From NCBI GenBank assembly GCA_964640805.1, contig CAZXIO010000004.1, positions 1 to 31,541 on the forward strand: a stretch of 31,541 nt of DNA, given 5' to 3'. The translations under genes were made by a program, and so were the position numbers. Under the pieces are notes generated by a model. That model worked only from the letters and a program-made list of their open reading frames with translations. It was not told the origin of the DNA and made no database searches. The stretch comes from an uncultured Candidatus Peribacteria bacterium. GTDB lineage: Bacteria; Patescibacteriota; Gracilibacteria; Peribacterales; Peribacteraceae. Of this stretch, positions 1 through 6,936 are shown piece by piece (positions within the stretch are counted from its first letter, which is position 1; each line of letters starts with the position of its first letter).

Positions 1-2318
1 TCAAGAAGGCCGCAAAAGAAGGGCGCGATCCGGTCCCCAGCAAAATCCTCAAGGCTCGCGGCCTCTGGGACCAGATCAGCTACGCTGCGTGGTCGTGCGC
101 CGATCCCGGCGTGCAGTACGACACCACGATCAACGACTGGCACACGTGCCCCACCGATGGCCGCATCAATGCCAGTAACCCCTGCAGCGAGTACATGTTC
201 CTCGATAACACGGCCTGCAACCTCGCCTCCATCAACCTCCTCCGTTTTTACGATGATGAGCATGCCGAGTTCCAGATAGAACGGTTCCGGCACGCTGTTC
301 GGCTCTGGACCATCGTCCTTGAAATCTCGGTCCTGATGGCCCAGTTTCCGAGCAAAGAGATCGCCGATCTCAGTTACACGTTCCGCACGCTCGGCCTTGG
401 GTACGCCAACCTCGGTGCCATGCTCATGCGCATGGGCATCCCATACGACTCCCCCAAAGGCCGCGCGATCTGCGGGGCCATCACCGCGATCCTCACGGGC
501 GACAGCTACGCAACCTCGGCCGAAATGGCCGAAGTGCACGGAGCGTTCCCCGGATTCGAGCGCAATCGCGAGCACATGCTGCGTGTGATCCGCAATCACC
601 GCCGCGCCGCGTACTGTGTGCCCGCCAAAGAATACGAGGGGCTCAGAGTGACTCCCGTCGGCATCGATCCGAACGATTGTCCGTCGGCCCTCCTTCGTAC
701 TGCAAAAGAGGCGTGGGACAAAGCCCTCGCTCTTGGCGAGAAGTATGGGTACCGCAATGCGCAGACGACCGTCATTGCGCCCACGGGCACGATCGGTCTG
801 CTCATGGACTGCGACACCACCGGAGTTGAGCCCGACTTCGCGCTCGTGAAATTCAAGAAGCTCGCCGGCGGCGGGTACATGAAGATCGCCAACCAGTCCG
901 TGGGGCCCGCGTTCAAGGCTCTTGGCTACAGTGAGGGCGAAGTGCGCGAGATCATGCAGTACGTGATGGGATCGCTCAGCCTCGAAGGAGCTCCGCACAT
1001 CAATCGTTCCTCCCTCAAGCAGAAAGGTTTCACCGATGAAGACATCGCGAAGGTGGAGAAAAACCTCTCCACGGTGTTCGAGATTCCGTTCGCCTTCAAC
1101 CGCTGGACGATGGGTGACGACACGATGAAGCGTCTCAAATTCACCGAGGAACATGGTTCGAATTCCCTCACCACAGGGATGAACGACCCCAACTGGAGCA
1201 TGCTTCGAGCCATGGGTTTCACGCAGGAACAGATCGACGAAGCGAACCTGTTCATCTGCGGCAATATGACCGTAGAGGGGGCTCCGTACCTGCGTCCGGA
1301 ACACCTCGCCGTCTTCGATTGTGCGAACAAATGCGGGAAGCTGGGCAAGCGCTTCATTCATGCCGAGGGCCACATCCGCATGATGGCATCCTCCCAGCCC
1401 TTCATCAGCGGGGCGATCAGCAAAACCATCAATCTCCCCAACGAAGCGACGGTGGAGGACATCAAGAGCGCGTATTTCCTCAGCTGGAAGCTGGGACTCA
1501 AAGCCAATGCGCTCTACCGCGACGGTTCGAAGATGAGTCAGGCGTTGAGTAATAAGTCGGACGCCAAAGATTCCAAGGATTCCAAAGAGTCCAAGGAACC
1601 GGAAATCAGGATCATCGAGAAAATTGTTCTGAAAGAAATGCCCAGAAGGCGAAAACTTCCTGACGAACGCATGTCGATCACGCACAAGTTCTCGGTTGCC
1701 GGGCACGAAGGCTACATTCATGCCGGCATGTACGAGGACGGCAATCCCGGCGAGATCTTCATCAAGATGAGCAAGGAAGGCAGTACGCTCTCGGGTGTGA
1801 TGGACACGCTTGCGCTGAGTCTCTCACTGAACCTCCAGTATGGCGTGCCGCTCGATCTCATCTGTGAAAAACTTGCCCACACGCGGTTCGAGCCGATGGG
1901 TATGACCACGAACAAGGAAATCCCGATGGTGAAAAGCATGATGGATTACCTCGGCCGCTGGCTGGCTCTCAAGTTCCTCACGAAAGACAAGGCCAAGCGC
2001 CTCCACAACGCCGAGCTCGTCGACAAAGCCTACGAGACGGGTACCAAGAGCAAGGAGGCGTTTGCGATGCGGCTGGAGGTCGTCGATGAGGGGAGTAATG
2101 CGTCAGCGATGGATTTCGGGCAGTCCGTGGAAGAGAAGACCCATCAGGAAATGACGCAGGTTCAGTCGGCCGCCGATCATGGTCCTGACAAGTCTCAGCA
2201 GGCCAAACTGCAGGGCTTCACCGGGTCCGTGTGCGGTGCCTGCGGCAGTCTCAAAATGAAGCGCAATGGGTCGTGTGAGGTTTGTCTCGATTGTGGGGGG
2301 ACGAGCGGGTGCTCCTGA
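1..2318 (+). CDS. nrdJ: Adenosylcobalamin-dependent (class II) ribonucleotide reductase, 5'-truncated by the window edge
   Basis: The frame is open from base 3 (KKAAKEGRDP...AAWSCADPGVQYDTTIN). It has the catalytic ASNPCSE, TACNLASINL and TTVIAPTGTI motifs, a C-terminal TSCPD/NrdJb-like domain (RRKLPDER...LQYGVPL) and a terminal Cys cluster (CGACGS...CEVCLDCGGTSGCS). Confidence 0.96.
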   Translation, partial: KKAAKEGRDPVPSKILKARGLWDQISYAAWSCADPGVQYDTTINDWHTCPTDGRINASNPCSEYMFLDNTACNLASINLLRFYDDEHAEFQIERFRHAVRLWTIVLEISVLMAQFPSKEIADLSYTFRTLGLGYANLGAMLMRMGIPYDSPKGRAICGAITAILTGDSYATSAEMAEVHGAFPGFERNREHMLRVIRNHRRAAYCVPAKEYEGLRVTPVGIDPNDCPSALLRTAKEAWDKALALGEKYGYRNAQTTVIAPTGTIGLLMDCDTTGVEPDFALVKFKKLAGGGYMKIANQSVGPAFKALGYSEGEVREIMQYVMGSLSLEGAPHINRSSLKQKGFTDEDIAKVEKNLSTVFEIPFAFNRWTMGDDTMKRLKFTEEHGSNSLTTGMNDPNWSMLRAMGFTQEQIDEANLFICGNMTVEGAPYLRPEHLAVFDCANKCGKLGKRFIHAEGHIRMMASSQPFISGAISKTINLPNEATVEDIKSAYFLSWKLGLKANALYRDGSKMSQALSNKSDAKDSKDSKESKEPEIRIIEKIVLKEMPRRRKLPDERMSITHKFSVAGHEGYIHAGMYEDGNPGEIFIKMSKEGSTLSGVMDTLALSLSLNLQYGVPLDLICEKLAHTRFEPMGMTTNKEIPMVKSMMDYLGRWLALKFLTKDKAKRLHNAELVDKAYETGTKSKEAFAMRLEVVDEGSNASAMDFGQSVEEKTHQEMTQVQSAADHGPDKSQQAKLQGFTGSVCGACGSLKMKRNGSCEVCLDCGGTSGCS
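1152..1173 (+). repeat. REP-like palindrome remnant in frame inside nrdJ
   Basis: CATGGTTCGA-attc-CCTCACCA. Both ends are identical to the ends of the intergenic element at 10748-10757 and 10782-10789. Confidence 0.55.
1564..1600 (+). repeat. 9-bp tandem array (4 units) in frame in nrdJ, encoding KDSKDSKESKEP
   Basis: ccaaagatt ccaaggatt ccaaagagt ccaaggaac. Bases 1566-1592 are identical to intergenic 3241-3267. Confidence 0.85.
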
Positions 2319-2436
2319 AAGCATACGATGGTATTTTTTTGCTATCACAAGCCATTTTTAAGGGATTCTTCTCAAATAACCTTGCGTTGAGTGCATCTCC
2401 GAACAATACTGCCGCACTTTATTACTACACATACGT

Positions 2437-2763
2437 ATGTGTGCATTATCACATCAATCCGGCTATTGGATCGACGAAGCAGAACTTCCTGGCGATTCAC
2501 GTGATCTTAAATTAAGAAGTCGCGGTTCAGGTAATGGAGATGATATTGTTGATGTAGGAGAAGAATTTCCCGACGCAGATGACGGACGAGAGTTTTTGCT
2601 TAGTGCTCAAGACATCGATGGCATGCACATTGGGACACTAAACAAAAAGGAAGCTTCCCCCTCCGTGAAAGCAAGAGTTGCCGGTATCCGTCGCGAGCTT
2701 CGGGAAGATGGCGATGAATTGGAAATCGACGGCACGTCCCTTGTTGATCAACTTCAAGGATAG
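2437..2763 (+). CDS. Hypothetical acidic protein (108 aa), start uncertain
   Basis: The ORF fills the gap between nrdJ and the next gene. No recognisable motif; lower GC than its neighbours. Confidence 0.45.
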   Translation: MCALSHQSGYWIDEAELPGDSRDLKLRSRGSGNGDDIVDVGEEFPDADDGREFLLSAQDIDGMHIGTLNKKEASPSVKARVAGIRRELREDGDELEIDGTSLVDQLQG

Positions 2764-2782
2764 TCATTACTGCGCTTAGACG

Positions 2783-2788
2783 TATACT
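2783..2788 (+). promoter_or_regulatory. Putative -10 box (TATACT) 6 nt before ATG 2795
   Basis: cgTATACTtgtcccATG; no SD sequence. Confidence 0.5.
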
Positions 2789-2794
2789 TGTCCC

Positions 2795-3238
2795 ATGTCG
2801 GACTCTTCCTTTCTCGATTTTCTTCCGTCACATGAGCAGCAAAAGCTCAAACGGCGCATGAGTGCGTCGGCGTACGAGAAACTGCGCGAGAAGGTGAAGG
2901 GGCCAGAGGATCTGGAGCGCGAGATGAAGCGGTCGGAAACTCTTGCTGAGCTCCACTTCGGTCTCGAAAGTGATCCGCATTTGCAGGAAAAAGGCCGCGA
3001 GCGCGTAGCGGCGGACATCAAAGAACAGGGGATTGAGGTGGTGATGGACAGCGAGTCCCTGTCGCCCGAACACCGTAAGAAACTGGAACAGGGGAAGTTC
3101 AGGCTCACGGTTTCCAGCCATCCATCCACGCATCAGGATCAGCTTGCCGCAGTGCCCGAAGGAAACGTGCAGGAGAAAATACCGTTGAAGGCAGCGTTCA
3201 GCGATAAGCACGTGAGCGGTTTGAGGAAGGCGGCGTGA
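2795..3238 (+). CDS. Hypothetical charged, helical protein (147 aa)
   Basis: Clean ATG-TGA ORF with a -10 box directly upstream and a composition typical of soluble proteins. Family not recognised. Confidence 0.8.
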   Translation: MSDSSFLDFLPSHEQQKLKRRMSASAYEKLREKVKGPEDLEREMKRSETLAELHFGLESDPHLQEKGRERVAADIKEQGIEVVMDSESLSPEHRKKLEQGKFRLTVSSHPSTHQDQLAAVPEGNVQEKIPLKAAFSDKHVSGLRKAA

Positions 3239-3240
3239 CG

Positions 3241-3376
3241 AAAGATTCCAAGGATTCCAAAGAGTCCGAGGACCAGAGGTTTCACCAGTGCAAATGTTCT
3301 GTGGAGTAATTGAGCTCTTATTTTCGATTCTATATGAATATCTGTACCTTGGCTTCCTTGGAATCTTTGGACTCTT
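3241..3376. repeat. Pair of inverted 9-bp arrays flanking an AT-rich core of about 70 bp
   Basis: 3241-3267 is aaagattccaaggattccaaagagtcc. 3344-3376 reads aagagtccaaagattccaaggaagccaaggtac on the minus strand. Confidence 0.8.
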
Positions 3377-3397
3377 GCTAGTTACGAGTATTTTTTT

Positions 3398-3805
3398 CTA
3401 CTGCTTGGGTAGAAGCAATAACAAACACGCCGCCCCCGCCATATTCACGGACACTTCCCCCTTCACCGTGCCCAATTTCGCTTTGCCCTTGCCGTAGCAA
3501 TCCGTTCCCTTCTCGAGCGTTCCGGCGTCGGAGCCTTTTGCATCGGTGATGACCGTGTGTTCGCTGCGTTGCTCCACCGTGCCGACGCGCGCGCCTTTCG
3601 TATCGCGCACCATAGTGCCGCGGACCCTGCCGCGCTCCGAGCCGTCGGGCTGCAGAATCGTCCCTTCATCCGGACTGTCGACTTGTATCTCGCCCACCGT
3701 CTTTCCCTGTGCATTCACGATGCTCACACGCTGCTTGCCTCCGCACGATGTGACGAACAGGACTCCGAACAGACACACGATGAGGAGAGCGACACGGCCA
3801 CGCAT
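3398..3805 (-). CDS. Predicted lipoprotein with five beta-hairpin repeats (beta-flower-like)
   Basis: MRGRVALLIVCLFGVLFVTS-C is a signal peptide with a lipobox. Repeats have the form I/V-x-D/N-x-x-G-x-x-x-G-x-V/I/L, and the C-terminus is AGAACLLLL. ATG 3805 is preferred because the longer GTG start (3838) lies inside a hairpin. Confidence 0.7.
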   Translation of the reverse strand: MRGRVALLIVCLFGVLFVTSCGGKQRVSIVNAQGKTVGEIQVDSPDEGTILQPDGSERGRVRGTMVRDTKGARVGTVEQRSEHTVITDAKGSDAGTLEKGTDCYGKGKAKLGTVKGEVSVNMAGAACLLLLLPKQ

Positions 3806-3821
3806 ACGGAATGTGAAAGCA

Positions 3822-3852
3822 AAAAAACGGCGCCGCACTCCCGCGGAGTGCG
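3822..3852 (-). terminator. Possible intrinsic terminator of the ychF-RNHCP transcript
   Basis: Stem cgcactcc/ggagtgcg (3834-3852, 3-nt loop) followed on the minus strand by a T7 run after 6 nt; this spacing is non-ideal. Confidence 0.4.
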
Positions 3853-3949
3853 TACAGTCGGAGATCCTAGAGGTTCTCTTTGATTATTTGCAAGTGCGAC
3901 TGTGAGAATAGCCCTTGAAGACAACGAAAAACCTGTTCACATTATGCAT

Positions 3950-4258
3950 TCACGAACTATTTTTTTCGCCGCATACCTTCGTCAAATCATCATCCGGAGC
4001 GGCTTTATTGGGTATCCGCTTCGTACAGAGTTCACAGTCGTGAATCACCATCCAGCCTTTCTTGCCACTCTGATCGAGGCCGATCGGTCGCATCATTCCA
4101 CCGCAGAGTGACAGTCTGTCTCCCGGGCCCCGGTCATCCACATGCTTGCTCCATAAGCAGACGGGGCAGTGGTTGCGGTAGGAGCCGTGCAGCAGGGGAC
4201 TGACGGACGCTCCACAGTGTTCGCAGGTGAAGGCCTCTTCGCGGGCGATGAATGTCAT
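3950..4258 (-). CDS. RNHCP domain Zn-binding protein
   Basis: FTCEHCG...SYRNHCPVCLWSKHVD...GDR...CGG.M motifs. The start overlaps the ychF stop (ATGA). Confidence 0.92.
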   Translation of the reverse strand: MTFIAREEAFTCEHCGASVSPLLHGSYRNHCPVCLWSKHVDDRGPGDRLSLCGGMMRPIGLDQSGKKGWMVIHDCELCTKRIPNKAAPDDDLTKVCGEKNSS

Positions 4259-5349
4259 ACGTTAAATCTGAAATGCATTACATCTCCGTCTTGGACAATA
4301 TAATTTTTCCCCTCTTGCCTCATCTTTCCCGCTTCTTTGGCTTTGGCTTCTGATCCATACTGAACAAAATCGTTGTACGATATCGTCTCGGCGCAGATGA
4401 AGCCTTTCTCGAAATCAGTGTGGATCACGCCCGCCGCCTGCGGCCCCGTGTACCCGCGGTGGATCGTCCAGGCGCGCACTTCCTGCGCGCCTGCCGTGAA
4501 GTACGTGATGTATCCGAGCGCCTCGTACGCAGTCCTGATCAGCCGATCAAGTCCAGACGCGTCGACACCGAGTTCGCTCAAAAATGTCTTGGCATCCTCC
4601 GCCGAGAGTTCCTGGAGGTCTTCCTCGATCTTTGCGGAGATGATCACGATAGGAGCGTTCGATGGAAGTCCCAATTGTGTGCGAACCGACTCCGCCGTCA
4701 GCGTTTTCACTTGGTCCTCTGCCCCATTCACGGCATAGATGAAAGGCTTCATGGTGAGGAGCTGGAAGGTCTTTGCGATCGGCAGTTCTTCTTTGCCGAG
4801 TGTCACGGAAGAAGCCATTTTGCCTTGTTCCAGTGCTTCTTCGATCTTCTTTGCCACATCATCCTCGATCTTCTGCTCTTTATTGCCGGAGCGGACCGAG
4901 CCGTGCAGCTTCTCGCGGCGTTTCTTGATCATGTCCAGATCCGCGAGCGCGAGCTCCGTCTCGACCGTTTCGCGGTCGCGTTTGGGATTCACACTGCCTT
5001 CGACGTGGATGACAGAGCCGCCCTCAAAAACTCTCACAACATGGCAGATGGCGTCCACCTCGCGGATATGACTCAGAAATTTATTGCCCAGCCCCTCGCC
5101 GGTGCTTGCACCCTTCACGAGCCCCGCGATATCCACGAATTCGACTGCTGCAGGAATCGTCTTCTTGGGCTGCACCAGTTCTGTCAGTTTGGACAGTCTC
5201 TCGTCAGGCACCTCCACGATGCCCACGTTCGGGTCGATCGTGCAGAAGGGGTAGTTGGCCGCTTGCGCGCCCTTTGTCCGTGTCAGTGCATTGAACAAAG
5301 TCGATTTGCCGACGTTGGGGAGGCCGACAATGCCTATTTGGAGTGCCAT
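4255..5349 (-). CDS. ychF: Redox-regulated ribosome-binding ATPase YchF (Obg family)
   Basis: [43 protein letters not shown], and a C-terminal TGS domain ([15 protein letters not shown]). Start set at MALQIG. Confidence 0.97.
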   Translation of the reverse strand: MALQIGIVGLPNVGKSTLFNALTRTKGAQAANYPFCTIDPNVGIVEVPDERLSKLTELVQPKKTIPAAVEFVDIAGLVKGASTGEGLGNKFLSHIREVDAICHVVRVFEGGSVIHVEGSVNPKRDRETVETELALADLDMIKKRREKLHGSVRSGNKEQKIEDDVAKKIEEALEQGKMASSVTLGKEELPIAKTFQLLTMKPFIYAVNGAEDQVKTLTAESVRTQLGLPSNAPIVIISAKIEEDLQELSAEDAKTFLSELGVDASGLDRLIRTAYEALGYITYFTAGAQEVRAWTIHRGYTGPQAAGVIHTDFEKGFICAETISYNDFVQYGSEAKAKEAGKMRQEGKNYIVQDGDVMHFRFNV

Positions 5350-5414
5350 CGCGGAGGGCAGTATGAAGCAAGCAGAAGCCATAAGGAAGCCGCAACGGTG
5401 AGCCAAGGATAACA

Positions 5415-5443
5415 TTGACAAAAGGCAAGAATGTGATTATTCT
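5415..5443 (+). promoter_or_regulatory. Sigma70-type promoter of the SLH-sortase gene
   Basis: TTGACA (5415-5420), 17-bp spacer, TATTCT (5438-5443); GTG start 9 nt downstream. Confidence 0.7.
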
Positions 5444-5452
5444 GTTGACCCT

Positions 5453-6619
5453 GTGTTTCGCCGTCTCTTGTCTTCTCTGGCAGCGGTTCTCGTGGTGACA
5501 TCCGTGAGCATTCCCGCTCAGGCGCAGTGGGACGTCGGCGGCACGCGGTATAACGACGCGTACACGTATCTTGTAACGAAAGCCGGAGTGAAAGACGGCC
5601 GCCCCTACGATTTCATCACGCGCGCGGAGGCGCTCAAGACGGTTCTCCTGATCCGCGAGACGTACCGCAGCCGCGTGGAATGGTTCAGCGCACACATGTC
5701 GTCGCTCCCGCTTTTCACGGACTACCGCCAGGGCGATTGGTTTGCAGCCTACGTGGAGGCCGGGTTCGAGGCCGAAATTCTGAGTGGCTACAGCGACCGC
5801 ACGTTCAGGCCGTACAACTATGTGCGCACCGAGGAAGCCGTCGCGATGCTTCTGCGCGCATACGGGGTGCACCCCGACGAAAATGCGGGCGCCCACTGGT
5901 ACGACAACTATGTCGAGACAGCGATGCAGAAAAACATCGCATTCGGCGGCGACCCCGTTACGATCGGCCGGCCTGTCACACGTGGGCAGTTCTTCGACAT
6001 GCTCTACCGCCTCGACACGGTGCAGACGCAGAATTTGCCGGCTTTCACGGATCCTGTTTCGCCCGAGGCGAACCAGAGGGTTGTGCAGACCACGCCCACC
6101 GTGCGCCCTGCGCAGAACACTCCCGCCTACGTTCCTTCGTCCGCTCCCATCCAGTATGGCGACCCCAAGCAGTACGCCTCCTCTAAGCCCTTCGCCATCA
6201 GCATCCCGCGCCTCGGCATCACGGATCTCACAATCACGCACCCGCAGGACGCGCTCACGAATAACGGACTTCTCTCCGTCCTCAAAAACGGAGTGGGTCA
6301 TCTGTTCAGTTACCCCGGCAGCGACGGCAAGATCATGATTTACGGGCACAGCAGCGGCTATGCTTGGGATGTTTCTCAGTTTACGAAAATTTTCACGAAG
6401 GTAAACCAGCTGCAGGCGGGAGACCGCGTGTACGTGACGTATAGCGGCAAGCTCTACGTTTACCAGGTCACCGGACAGCAGACGATCAAGCCCACCGACG
6501 TGACCCCCTTCCGCGGCAAGGGCGAAGAACTGATTCTCTACACGTGCTGGCCCGTGGGCACTACAAAGAGCCGTCTGATCATTCATGCGTCGCCGGTGAC
6601 GACGGTGGCATTGCGGTGA
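5453..6619 (+). CDS. Secreted protein with three SLH-like domains fused to a C-terminal sortase domain
   Basis: Signal peptide (SIPAQA). SLH-like motifs ITRAEALK, VRTEEAVAML and VTRGQFFDML. Sortase core ISIPRLGI...GVGH...IYGHSS...LILYTCWPVGTTKSRLII with the His/Cys/Arg triad. Confidence 0.88.
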   Translation: MFRRLLSSLAAVLVVTSVSIPAQAQWDVGGTRYNDAYTYLVTKAGVKDGRPYDFITRAEALKTVLLIRETYRSRVEWFSAHMSSLPLFTDYRQGDWFAAYVEAGFEAEILSGYSDRTFRPYNYVRTEEAVAMLLRAYGVHPDENAGAHWYDNYVETAMQKNIAFGGDPVTIGRPVTRGQFFDMLYRLDTVQTQNLPAFTDPVSPEANQRVVQTTPTVRPAQNTPAYVPSSAPIQYGDPKQYASSKPFAISIPRLGITDLTITHPQDALTNNGLLSVLKNGVGHLFSYPGSDGKIMIYGHSSGYAWDVSQFTKIFTKVNQLQAGDRVYVTYSGKLYVYQVTGQQTIKPTDVTPFRGKGEELILYTCWPVGTTKSRLIIHASPVTTVALR

Positions 6620-6647
6620 TTGACAAATTTGCACAATAAAGTATAAT
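6620..6647 (+). promoter_or_regulatory. Consensus sigma70 promoter
   Basis: TTGACA (6620-6625), 16-bp spacer, TATAAT (6642-6647). Confidence 0.8.
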
Positions 6648-6653
6648 TAGTGT

Positions 6654-6815
6654 GTGTCTGATGCCCATGATTCGGAGGCCCAACATGAGATTGCGTTAGT
6701 TCCGCATGCAAATGTTTTGAAGACGGCCCCCATTGAGGGTCGAAAAGAAATAGCGCGCAGATTGGCCCCCGGCGTACTCGATGCCCTCTCAGCGGCCAGA
6801 AAGGCCGCTCCTTGA
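6654..6815 (+). CDS. Candidate leaderless small ORF, 53 aa (MSDAHDSEAQHEIALVPHANVLKTAPIEGRKEIARRLAPGVLDALSAARKAAP)
   Basis: GTG lies 6 nt after TATAAT and the frame is open to TGA at 6813-6815. It is below the ORF-track length cut-off. A non-coding RNA is an alternative reading. Confidence 0.45.
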   Translation: MSDAHDSEAQHEIALVPHANVLKTAPIEGRKEIARRLAPGVLDALSAARKAAP

Positions 6816-6924
6816 ACTCAGCCCCTTTCTACTCATGGCGCAGGCAGAAAGCCTGCTGCAGCCTTTCTGGCTGCCTTTGGTATGAGCTGACTCACTGCAA
6901 GGAGCAGGCATTCTGCCTGCTGAG
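6788..6924. repeat. 137-bp imperfect inverted repeat composed of four 6-bp-stem hairpins
   Basis: GCGGCC-agaaa-GGCCGC, GCAGGC-agaaa-GCCTGC, GCAGCC-tttct-GGCTGC and GCAGGC-attct-GCCTGC. The outer arms 6788-6814 and 6898-6924 are inverted copies of each other. Confidence 0.85.
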
Positions 6925-6936
6925 ATAGCGTTCAGT

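Noticed and set aside
1155-1173. GGTTCGAATTCCCTCACCA resembles a tRNA T-arm plus CCA (tRNA fragment or att site)
   Set aside because: Only 3 nt lie between the T-stem and CCA, there is no acceptor, D or anticodon arm, it is inside an intact CDS, and the ends match the REP-like family better.
1-2318. Intein or group I/II intron in nrdJ (a common host gene)
   Set aside because: The reading frame is continuous and no splice-junction or homing-endonuclease motifs are seen in the visible part. The 5' part lies outside the window.
2427-2442. NrdR box
   Set aside because: The ACAC/GTGT ends fit, but six core positions differ from the acaCwAtATaTwGtgt consensus, and the site is downstream of nrdJ.
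3937-3960. dif-like site (gcataatgtgaa on the minus strand)
   Set aside because: Only a partial XerC-like arm; the conserved XerD arm TTATGTTAAAT is missing.
6654-6930. tmRNA, RNase P RNA or SRP RNA
   Set aside because: No tRNA-like ends with a T-loop and CCA, no GAGGAAAGUCC, and no CAGG-GNRA-AGCAG helix-8 arrangement. 6S RNA cannot be excluded by eye.
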